Shown: piece after piece, positions 11,200-20,860 of the stretch
How positions within the stretch are numbered: the stretch's first letter is position 1
How the letters are laid out: every line of letters starts with the position of its first letter
DNA from: Blastocladiella emersonii ATCC 22665
Lineage: Eukaryota; Fungi; Blastocladiomycota
Length of the DNA: 64,000 bases
Reading direction: 5' to 3'
Assembly (NCBI GenBank): GCA_025594325.1
Contig: JANHCV010000015.1
Location: 744,001 to 808,000, forward strand
Translations under genes and position numbers: made by a program
The notes under the pieces: generated by a model
What the model was told of the DNA's origin: nothing
Database searches by the model: none
Seen by the model: the letters and a program-made list of their open reading frames with translations, nothing else

Positions 11200-13035
11200 A
11201 TGAATCCTTCTTCACCCGACTCGATGCAACCTCATGAACCGGTCCCCCTGACCCTCGACGCGCTGCCGACCGAGCTACAGCTCGACATTGCGTCGCGCCT
11301 CTCGCTCCGTGACGCGGCGGCTCTCCGCGCGACCTCTCGTGTCATCAACGACTCAGACCTCTGGCGCGGCAAAGTGTGGTGGGGCTTGCTCTTTGCTCTC
11401 GCAGCGGGCGACCATGACCGCTTCTTCGCGCTGGCGCCGCCGTTTTACGGTCCTCGCCGCCGCCGCCGTTCTCGCGCTAACGAGAGCCCGAAGCCGTGCA
11501 CCAACGCCGAGATGAAAGCTATCTTCCTCGACCTCGCTATTGCTCTCGTCACTCGCGACGTGGGCGACCGCAAGCGGTGGGCGATCCTGCGCTCGTGGGC
11601 ATGCGGCCGGCTGCCCGTCAGCGAATACCCGTATGTGCGGCTACATCGTCTTGCCATGGACCACAGCGCCATCAACGCGATGCTCGTCGTCTCGACGTGG
11701 ACCAACCGCAACGGCCGCAACCTGCACGACATGTACGTCAAGCTTCGCCGCCCGACCCGCTCGCCGCTCGCACACGCGATTCAAATTGTCAGCACGACTG
11801 TGGCGAAACGCAGGTTTACGCCCGAGCAGATCGCGCCGCTGTTGCGCGCCAAGTTCTACTCGGCGTGCCAGCTGCGCCAGGTCCACGCTGCGGTCCGCCT
11901 TCTCCTCGCGCAACCGCCCGAGTTTTGCCTCGACGTTCTACTCGACGCGCCCGCGCACGCCAAGTTTGAGCCCGACAGTCGCACGTGGTCGCTCGAGAGC
12001 GTATTCGAGTCGATCATGCAGGCGTCGCTGCGCGGCGGCGGGGCCATTGCGGTCGCGCGCCTCATGGCGGACCTCACCATCCTCGCACACGCGGCGGGGT
12101 ACGAGGGCCGCGGCGACGGCGGGACCAATATCGAGATCGAGCTCGTCAACGGCGGCATCGAGCCCGTCCGCGCGCGCGTCGAGGCGCTGCTCCCCGAACG
12201 CAACCGCGCTGCTGCCGTTAAACGCCTCGACGCGCTGCTCCCCGTGTTCGGCGCCAACGTGCTCGGCGGCACCGTCTTCTCGCGGCCCTGGCGCGACCTC
12301 GGCGTGCTGCGCGATCCGCTGCCGGGTGCCGTCGACGAGACGCTGCAGCAGGCGCGGTGGTGGTACCCGAACGCAACCATCATTCGTGCCGTCTCGGAGC
12401 GGCTCGTCAGCAAGCACCCGAGCTGGCCCGCCGCTGCGATCCCGGACGTCGCCCAGCGGTTCCCGATCTGCTTCCACCCCAACCTGCACAACTTTGCCGG
12501 TATCCCGAAAGCGTGGCGGCTGCGGTCCGAGCCGTTCACGGACGCCGAGTGGCACGCGCTGCACGCCGACCTCATGGCCGTGTACCGCCGCGAGTCGTCG
12601 CCCGCAGACGACGAGGACGCGGTCGCGGCGCGGTGGCAGTGGCGCGTGATGCCCCAGGACCGCGGCGCGCTGCAGGCGCTCATTGACGTCGAGTACCCGG
12701 GCATGCCGCGCGAGCTCGATACGGACGAGGCCCTCGACGCGCACCCGCTCGGCGTCAACGGGCTCGGGCTGCAGATGATCACGGTCGTCCAGCAGCACAC
12801 GGGCAAGCCGGGCGGCGGGCGGTGGCTCGCCGAGAACGTCACGACGCTGCGAGGCCGGCCGTGGCGCATGTCGGGCGACCTGGTACGGCGCATCCTCACG
12901 GCGCCGTGGGCGTCGCGGCACAAGGTTGAGGTCGTCGCGTTCCTGACGGGCGCGCAGCGGTCGGGGGTGCTGAGCGACCCCATTCTCTGCGATCGCGTTG
13001 AGACGTGGTGTCACGGAGCGACGTCGAGCTCTTGA
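11200..13035 (+). CDS. F-box protein, intronless, C-terminal region of unknown family
   Basis: LTLDALPTELQLDIASRLSLRDAAALRATSRVIN is a canonical F-box. The ORF is long and uninterrupted; likely start is the ATG at 11200. Confidence 0.85.
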   Translation: MNPSSPDSMQPHEPVPLTLDALPTELQLDIASRLSLRDAAALRATSRVINDSDLWRGKVWWGLLFALAAGDHDRFFALAPPFYGPRRRRRSRANESPKPCTNAEMKAIFLDLAIALVTRDVGDRKRWAILRSWACGRLPVSEYPYVRLHRLAMDHSAINAMLVVSTWTNRNGRNLHDMYVKLRRPTRSPLAHAIQIVSTTVAKRRFTPEQIAPLLRAKFYSACQLRQVHAAVRLLLAQPPEFCLDVLLDAPAHAKFEPDSRTWSLESVFESIMQASLRGGGAIAVARLMADLTILAHAAGYEGRGDGGTNIEIELVNGGIEPVRARVEALLPERNRAAAVKRLDALLPVFGANVLGGTVFSRPWRDLGVLRDPLPGAVDETLQQARWWYPNATIIRAVSERLVSKHPSWPAAAIPDVAQRFPICFHPNLHNFAGIPKAWRLRSEPFTDAEWHALHADLMAVYRRESSPADDEDAVAARWQWRVMPQDRGALQALIDVEYPGMPRELDTDEALDAHPLGVNGLGLQMITVVQQHTGKPGGGRWLAENVTTLRGRPWRMSGDLVRRILTAPWASRHKVEVVAFLTGAQRSGVLSDPILCDRVETWCHGATSSS

Positions 13036-13838
13036 GACGTTTCCCAGAATACAAAGCAGTGTACGAATCCAACCTGGGCGTTAGCGCCGGGGAGCTGAGG
13101 TCGGGAGAATCGCGCGAGCGATCCGTGTCCGCCGCTCAAACGCGACGAGAGCGGAAGGGACGTGTCGCAACGACTCATCCGAACAACCCATCAGCGGATT
13201 GCTAATTTTTCCGAAGCGAAGGAAGCAAGGTAACACGCTCAATTTCAGCGGTCAACAGCACAAGCGGTGCGAGACGGTCCGCGTCTCCCCGGTCACGTGC
13301 GTGGCGCAGCGCGTAGTGCCGCGACCTGACTTGTCGCCCAGAGCTGAGCCGGGCTTCCGCCTTATCGGTTGAGCTTGGCACAAATGTCTCCCACGCTTTT
13401 AGTCACAACCTGGCGCATACCTCACGCACTTGCTGTGCTCCCGAGACTGGGCTGCTCGCATCCCCGCGTCCCGTCTGATCGGCTCTCTCACGATATACAG
13501 CGATATGAAACTTGATGCAACGATTGTTCCGACATGAAGCTATCCCGGAAAATCGCATGGCTCGCACTCGTGCCGTTGGTCGCCCTCATCGCCATCCTCG
13601 CGGGTGCGAGGGGGGTGGACGCGGGCAACTTTACAATCAGCGTCAACATGCCATTCACGACCGAGAGTACCCACTCGCCATTCCGCTATCCATGATGAAG
13701 GCGACTCTGATGGGTTGGGAACGTAGGTCTTGGCACTTCCGTAACCGAGATGATCGAGTTTCTTCAAATCAACTCGCCCGGCCTCCACTTGATCGATCCC
13801 GAAACGCAGCGAGCAACTACAAGGAGTCCGTGTACCTC

Positions 13839-14722
13839 ATGGCCGTGGGCCAGAACGTCGCGGTCTCGTCGTGCGTGATTGCGCCGTTCGCGCTCTTCGA
13901 CTTCGGGTCCGCGGTACTCGACGCCTTCTACATCAAGCACGCCATGGTCCTCTACGCAGTGCTGTTCACCTTCGTCGCCCTCGCGGGTCGGCTCACCTTC
14001 GCCGTGTACGCGACGGGCAAGGCGTCCAAGTCGGCCATGGCCACGCTCAAGCTGGTCGACGGGAAGCTCGACAACGGTGCAACCGCGTCCTTTGTCGCGG
14101 GCGCGGCGGATTCCGGCAACGGGTTCAAGGTCGATGTGCACGAGACGAGTGGCAAGGTACGCTGTGACCATGCTCGGCTCGTGTGAACGCGTACTCACAC
14201 CAGGGAACGCGGTAGATTAAGCACATCGGAGGCAAGTACCCCGTCAAGCGCGGCGGCGGGCTGCTCAGCACGTGGAAGCTGCACTACGTGAACCTGTACA
14301 TGAACGAGGGCCAGCTGACCATCGTGCCCATTGACGACGCCGAGGACCTCGGCGTCAGCGTCAAGCTCGGGCAGGCGCAGCTCGACACGAACCCGGGCCA
14401 GACGACCAACTGCATCGCCGTCGCCGCGGGTGGCCGCGAGTACTGGCTCCAGTTCCCCTCGGACCGCGAGGTGGAAAAGTGGACGTCGCTCATGACCACG
14501 CTCGTCATCACGCGCCTTAAGAAGGAGCGGCGCGGGCTGAGCATCCCGGCCGACGCAGTCAACCGCGCGACATCAGCTCGAGGTGGGCGCGAGCGGTCCA
14601 CGTCGTACTCGGACTCGGAATCCACGTCCGCGACCGGGACTGGCTCGATGCTGCAGCAGCAACAACAGCAGACATCGTCTTCGCGGGCCCGCGGCGAGTC
14701 GGTCAAGGCTCCACTCGTATAG
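13839..14722 (+). CDS. Membrane protein with a C-terminal PH domain (exons 13839-14156 and 14216-14722; start uncertain)
   Basis: Hydrophobic N-terminal segments. The phase-0 intron 14157-14215 joins in frame to KRGGGLLSTWKLHYVNL...REYWLQFPSDREVEKWTSLM, which carries PH-domain hallmarks. Confidence 0.7.
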
Positions 14723-14901
14723 CCGATGAATCGGTCGTGTAATGACCTAAACTTGATTTTCTTGTTGCGATAAACATGTTAGACGCTTGATGTGCGCGGG
14801 TGATCCGGACGGCTGTCATTCGTGTCGGACGGGGCTCACTTGGGAGCAGAAGGCGTCGCGGGGGTCTTCGCTCCCACCGCGATGCTAGCCGATGAACGCA
14901 A

Positions 14902-17049
14902 ATGGACTTGTACAATGAACTTTGGCTCTCTGTCGTGGACCACTTGCTGCAATATGGACAGCGCACCGATGTCTTGGCGCTGTGCATGACTTGTCACCGG
15001 TTCTCAAAGCTGGCCCGCCCGGTCCTCCGCCGGACCATGCGCGTCGAACTCGCGCTCAATGAACTCGACGAACTCGACTCTGTGAGGCCTCCTTCGGGCC
15101 TCTACCTTCACGGCGCTGCGCTTCAGGCGTGGCCCGAATGGATGTCGCTCGTGCGGGAGCTCGACATCGCGCCGGGGCGACTTCCCGTTTGGCACGGACA
15201 GAGCGATCAGCCGTTTCCAATCTCTCCGGTTCCGATACCGATACCAGTTCCCTCGCCAGCGCCAATCGATTCTCAACAACATGTCAACCCTCTTGAACCG
15301 CTCGTTGGTGCTACCGTTGCGGTAGTTGTCGTGCAAGTGGCGGAAGCCTGCCCGCTTCAGTCGCTTCGAATTCATGACTTTTCGCTCAGCAACGCGTGCT
15401 TGATCGAAACCTGCAAGAGCGTTGCGAGCCCGCTCGTGCGACTCAGCCTCTCGCTACATCGGCCATCAGAAGCCCTTGACCTCGGCCTCCTCACTCTGCC
15501 GTCGCTCGCCTCGCTCGAGCTTTATGTTCTCGACCCCGTAAGCACGCCCAATCGACTCGAGGCGCTGCCTCGCACACCCAAGCTTCGGAATCTTACTCTC
15601 ACGCTTCCGGTTGCTGCACCACACGTCGCTGCCCAGATTCACGCCATGCAACACTTGCGCTCGTTGCAGCTACGTCTCAATCCCGGTGCTGGACGCTCCG
15701 AGTTTCAAGCTGCGCTCATTGCGCCAGGCTTCCCCGCTTCGTCGCTCGTACACTTTGAAATGCATAGGCTCAGCGTCGAGGAACTTGAACGACTACCGCC
15801 TATGCCGCGACTCCAATCCATGATCATGCAGCGCCACCAGAGCCACATCGAAGTCGGACCAGACCCAGCGCTTGACTCCCTGTCTATGGGCCTCGATCGC
15901 GCGGAGCGGATTGCGGCGCACTTTCCAAACCTGCGTCGGGTCACGATCACTGGACCGAGCACGTCTGACTTGGTCGTGGATCTGCGTTGGCTGAGCCTCA
16001 CCCCATCTCTTGCGTTCATTGACATGGGGCGGCTATATTCCGGGGCGCGCGGCCCAGGTAGCCCTAGGATAGAGACCCTTTTGGCCGACTGTCGCGATCT
16101 CACATTCCCCTCGTTGGAGAATCTGACTGTTCCCCACGCATTATGGAAGCCTCTCACTCGAGTTCTTCAGGCACCAAATCTCACGGCTCTCTGTATCCGC
16201 GGGCCACCCAACACCACTTCCAACCTTCTCGCGTCGCATGCGTCCTCTGCGCGCCTGACGCACCTTGAGCTCGACGTCCGCATCGCGAACTTCTCACTGC
16301 AACCCAGCATGTTCCCGTGCCTCCGTTCGCTCTCAATCCGCCCAGTTTCTAACAACACCATTGCTGGCCAATGCATGTCCGCGTGGTCGACTGTCACTCG
16401 ATTGCAGCTTCTCGACATGTGGTCTCTCACGTCGCTCTTCGACCTGCACATCGTGTTCGCCGAGTTTCCAGCCGTGCGGGAACTCACACTCAGCGCGGCG
16501 ACCACGTCAATGCCTGGAATCGCCCTTTTCCTTGACCCGCGCGCGTTGCCCGAGCTCACTGGTGGTCGCAGAACGTTACAGAGGCTGATCATTGAGAATG
16601 ATGACCGCTGCGTGATATGGCACAGCGATGCCGCCAGTCGCGCGACTCCCATCGACATTCGTTGGACGCGCTGGTCCCAAACGCAGGTGCTGCGCGAGCT
16701 TGCAGAAAAGACTCGACTCTCTGGTGCTCCGTTGGGCATCCATTTGCGCATCGGGTTCAGCGACGATGCGCCTGATCCGGGCGGCGCTTCGACCGTGGCG
16801 AAATTGCTCGCTAAGTTTGCTAATTATCAAGGCGCTGAAGTAGCGGTGGGTCCGACGCTTGTCGAGGCAGCGGAGGAAGCTGGGTCAAAGAAGGGCGGGG
16901 TCGCGCGTTGGCTCAAACGCAAGCTGAGCCTTCTTTCCGTCAAGGCAACGGCGCCCGCGGTGAGTGACGACGGCGTTTGCGACCCTTGTGTGATCGCGGC
17001 GCTGTGCGAGTGCCTCGGAACGGCCGGCGTCAAATATCAAATGCTATAG
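14902..17049 (+). CDS. F-box / leucine-rich-repeat (RNI-like) protein
   Basis: N-terminal LYNELWLSVVDHL...DVLALCMTCHRFSKLARPVL is F-box-like. Many LxxLxL repeats follow (LRNLTL, LRSLQL, LENLTV, LTHLEL, LRSLSI). Confidence 0.8.
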   Translation: MDLYNELWLSVVDHLLQYGQRTDVLALCMTCHRFSKLARPVLRRTMRVELALNELDELDSVRPPSGLYLHGAALQAWPEWMSLVRELDIAPGRLPVWHGQSDQPFPISPVPIPIPVPSPAPIDSQQHVNPLEPLVGATVAVVVVQVAEACPLQSLRIHDFSLSNACLIETCKSVASPLVRLSLSLHRPSEALDLGLLTLPSLASLELYVLDPVSTPNRLEALPRTPKLRNLTLTLPVAAPHVAAQIHAMQHLRSLQLRLNPGAGRSEFQAALIAPGFPASSLVHFEMHRLSVEELERLPPMPRLQSMIMQRHQSHIEVGPDPALDSLSMGLDRAERIAAHFPNLRRVTITGPSTSDLVVDLRWLSLTPSLAFIDMGRLYSGARGPGSPRIETLLADCRDLTFPSLENLTVPHALWKPLTRVLQAPNLTALCIRGPPNTTSNLLASHASSARLTHLELDVRIANFSLQPSMFPCLRSLSIRPVSNNTIAGQCMSAWSTVTRLQLLDMWSLTSLFDLHIVFAEFPAVRELTLSAATTSMPGIALFLDPRALPELTGGRRTLQRLIIENDDRCVIWHSDAASRATPIDIRWTRWSQTQVLRELAEKTRLSGAPLGIHLRIGFSDDAPDPGGASTVAKLLAKFANYQGAEVAVGPTLVEAAEEAGSKKGGVARWLKRKLSLLSVKATAPAVSDDGVCDPCVIAALCECLGTAGVKYQML

Positions 17050-17692
17050 CGAAAGAAGGAGCCGTGGACGCGTCTGCATGTTCCGTACGTGCGGTCCAAT
17101 AGAAGTACATCGTTCCTCAGTCTTGCAAGCAACTTCGTGGCTCTGACTCTTCACCACGCCCTACCTCTCACACCAAAGAAAGCTAGCGTTAACGGATCAA
17201 GCGCACGAGGTGAGGTGCCAGTAGGCGCGTGCTACCAGATTTGAGGTTGAGAAAACGCTAGGGGTCCAGTGACGGTCTTTGCGGTTGAAAAACGCGCAGC
17301 TCGTCGCCTCAGATCAAGTGAGCCCGACGTTTGTGCACGACGTGTAACCCTCGCTTCGCATTCAAGATTCATGGCGCGTAGTTGTGTGGTCCCAAGAGCA
17401 GGCCACGGCAGAGGCGCCGATGCGGTGGATGACGCGACGCGCCACTCGCATGATGCGGCGGCGCCACTGCAAGAACGCCGCACTTTGCCCTCCGTCCATG
17501 ATCGCCTCGGAGCAAGTCAAGGACAACGCAGACGCATCGAATGTGATTTCAATTTCGAATTCTAAACCGTCGAACGCGGTACAGAATGAGTTCAAGCTCC
17601 TCAACGCCGATCGAGAGAGGTGGATGGCGGGGTGGGGAGAGGGGAGCGAGATGTCAGGGGTGGGGGTGGGGTGCGGGGAGGAACAGAGCACG

Positions 17693-18242
17693 ACGTACCG
17701 GAGATGTTGCAGAAGGCGTAGATCTGCAGCACGTTGACGTAGGTCGGGGTCAGGAGCGAGTACTGGATGAGGTTGAAGATCGGGTGGTACCACTCGAGGT
17801 ACAGGAGCGACGACACGAGGTACACGCCGTACGTGGCGACCAGCGAGAAGAGCGTGAGCGCGACCTTGTTCTCGTCGAGGCGGGCAAAGGCGTTGAGCGA
17901 GTTGAGGCCGCGGAGCTGCGCGAGCTCGGGTTTTTCGATCTCGAATTGCGCCATTGTCGAGAGCACGATGATGGCGAGCATGGTGATGGCGACGATGGCG
18001 AACAGGACGATCACCATGTGGAAGACGTGGCGGGCCGACTGCGGGCGGTTGCCGAGCGAGGCGATGAACGTGATGCACAGGGCGAGGACGTAGAGCGGGC
18101 GCAGGATGAGGAGGAACGAGGACACGGCCGTGTAGGTGCCCGGGTGGTTGGTGCGCGACGGGATCGACTTGAGGTACACCGAGTTCGGGTTCTCCATGAG
18201 CAGGATGAAGCCCGAGACCAGAGTGTGGAACGCGATGTAGAA
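17693..18242 (-). repeat. 550-bp near-identical copy of part of chitin synthase exon 3 (24676-25225)
   Basis: Base-by-base comparison at offset 6983 is identical except two substitutions near the 5' (high-coordinate) end. It encodes the same [11 protein letters not shown]...QIYAFCNIS peptide. Confidence 0.97.
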
Positions 18243-19060
18243 GTGAGCCTCGGCACGTTCCTGCAGCGTCGTTGCGGGCTCGAGTTTTGGAAGCGAACGG
18301 TGGGGAATCGGGGTAGAAGATGTATGTTTTGCATAGATGTGATCGAATGCCTGCGAACAAGTCTTGGGTAGGAGCGCCCGTGGCAGCACGGCCAAGTACT
18401 GGCAGAGCGTGTTCAGACCCGAGGGGTCCAGCAAGAAAGCCTCGCACAAGATGGCATCTACCAAATGCGGGTATCTTAAGAGATGATTTCATGGTTAAGT
18501 CATGAGTGGGATGTCCGAGAGGAGAGCGCGAGCGGCGCGAACGAAGTTCGGGACAGGCTCGATTTGTGGGAGATGAATGGTCGGCCCCACCTTGGTAAGC
18601 ACGCAGTCGTCCTGGTTGCCAAAACTTTTGCTGTGTAGGCGGCCGAACGGCTCGGGCGTGAGTCGCGCGATCAGGCGCTGAAGAGTAGGTCCGTCAAACG
18701 CGTCGGCAGCAGGGAGCCAACGGTTGAAGTCACTCGTCTGGGACGCGGACGCGACACACTCGCGATCAGCCAAGTGGTACAAGTAGCGCGCAAGCGGCAA
18801 GCAGTTGTGCGGAACATCGGTCTGTGGCGACGGGTTCGGGCTCCGCCATTCGTGAAAATCGGGTTGGAGCACAAAGGCGCAGACCCAGACCGACTGGGTC
18901 GCCGAGTCGGACGCGATCGCTGCGAAGCCGGCCGTTGACAGCGCAACGGCGAGGCGAGGGATCGCAGGACCACCGCCGTGACGAGTTCTGCGGGAAGGTC
19001 CGCGATGCGCGCCGGGCGGGTTGCATGCAGTTCATTGGCTTCCGTGGTGATGGGTTGCAT
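18243..19060 (-). pseudogene. Decayed F-box gene whose reading frame runs into the chitin synthase exon copy
   Basis: MQPITTEANELHATRPARIADLPAELVTAVVL (F-box start), a frameshift near 18960, then two in-frame stops (TAA at 18495-18497 and TGA just after). ORFs 18495-18872 and 17601-18464 share one frame. Confidence 0.7.
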
Positions 19061-19267
19061 TCGGCGAGAGTACTGGTGGTGGTGAGGGTCGCACCGCTCA
19101 TCGCTCCAAGTCGGCTGGTCGGAGTCGTCACGCGGCGCGCCTGCCACTACGAATGCGTGGCGCAACGCGTCTCGTCGCTCCTGACAAAGAACCAGCGAGA
19201 ACGCAGCCGATGTTTGCAAAGATCTCAGGCGAGTGTATTCAGTGGCAGTGCTACATGGGCCCGGAAC

Positions 19268-20262
19268 TCACCAACCGCCCGACCACACGATCCGCGGTGC
19301 GGGACCCGCGGGCGCGCCATTGCCGCCGGGCGACTCGTCGTCCGAGTCTTCGGGGTTATCGCTGGACGCGTTCGCCGCGCCCGCCGCCGCAGCGGCAGGA
19401 ACCGCGCTCGGGTCGGGCTGCCCGGCGTACGTGAGCCACGCGAGAACGAGCGTCGCGGTCGTCCGCCAATGTCCGCGGACGCGGGCGACGAGGTCGAGCG
19501 AGAGCGGGGTGACGAGGTCGCGGTAGCACCGCTCCATGCGGTCGATGGCGGCGCGGATGTGCCACGAGATGAGGCGGTGGTCCTCGAGCTCGAGCGCGTA
19601 CAGGTCGACTTCGAGGCGGAACAGGACGTCTGTTGGTAGGACGGGGTCAGTGAGGGTTGGTGGGGTGAGGGATAACGAAGGGCGTACTCGAGATGTCGCG
19701 CCACGGATCGAGTCTCTGCGACCGCTGCGCCTTGTGGCTGCTGCTGCCGCCGGCGGGGTTCCAGAACCCGAACCCGGAGGAGGTGCTGGCTGCCGTGTTG
19801 GTGCGCTGCGGGCGGTGGTGGTGGATCCCAGCCGACGCCGACGCGTGCGGGGTCGGCCCGACCTCGGACGACGCGGCGCTATCCGCCCCACTGCCGCCGC
19901 CAAGCGTCGCGGCGCTGCTGCCGGGCCCGGTCGGCGGCGTCGCGTTACCCGGCAGCGTCACGATCTCGTCGCCGTCCTCGTCGGCTTCGGGGACGGGCGA
20001 CGGCGCGGCGCGGCGGGGTGCTGGTACAGGTGTTCGGGCGGAGTCGGGGTCGGGGTCCCGATGGGGTCGGGGTCGGGGTCCCAATAGGCACGGCGATGGC
20101 ATTGTAGAGGTCGACGACGGAAGGCACGTGGGCGAGGTAGAGCACAATCTGCCTGGACAGGTAGTGGTTGGGTCCGACCGAGACCGAGACCGAGATGGGG
20201 TTGAGGCGGGTGCCCGCGACGTAGGTGTTGGACTCCCGCTGCGAGCCTCTATAGCTGTCCAT
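19268..20262 (-). CDS. Hypothetical low-complexity protein, probably with one intron (about 19628-19685) and a possible frameshift near 20070
   Basis: A GTACGC...CTGAC...CAG intron is followed by the helical coding segment VLFRLEVDLYALELEDHRLISWHIRAAIDRMERCYRDLV. Confidence 0.4.
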
Positions 20263-20860
20263 GAAGCATGCTCGGATTATTTGTTTTCATCGCAGGGAGT
20301 CTTATTAAGTGCATTCGCGGCGGTGGCCATGCAAGAGAGAGCGAAAGCGGCCATTGAGCGCGTCGGACAGAGCAATCGAGGCAACGTTGAGTGTCTCAAT
20401 CGCCTCACGTGTTTGTTCGACGCGTCTCTCACTCATTGTCCGGGAAGGTCCTGCACAAGAAAGCAGCGTTAAAAAGCGGTGGGACTGATCTAACGTTGCT
20501 CTAATGCGACTCGATGGCGACGGGGGCTAGTCCTCGCGGCGGACAGTCGAACGGCCTCAGCGCGACACGCGCGAAGTGAGGGCCAACAAGGAGCAGACAC
20601 TTGAATACAAAACAACGCCGATCAGACAATGGGCACGGCGGTTGTGCCGCCATGAAATGCTTCGGATGCGCCGTTGATCCCAATGGCTCCAAACGAGCCC
20701 GCTGCGACAAATCGTTCCCACGCGCGGACCCTGCGACCGCGCTGACGCGTCAGCTCGGGCAGAGCGCCAGGAGACGTGTCCGAAGAAGCGTTTTATTCAC
20801 GGGCTCAAGGAGTTTGCGGCCGAGATCGCGGCCAGGCCCGACTTTGGCGAGGCCGTCATC

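Noticed and set aside
9380-19190. Autonomous transposon (MULE, Helitron, Polinton) explaining the captured fragments
   Set aside because: No transposase, Rep/helicase, integrase or polymerase motifs anywhere in the window, and no target-site duplication found. Kept only as a hypothesis.
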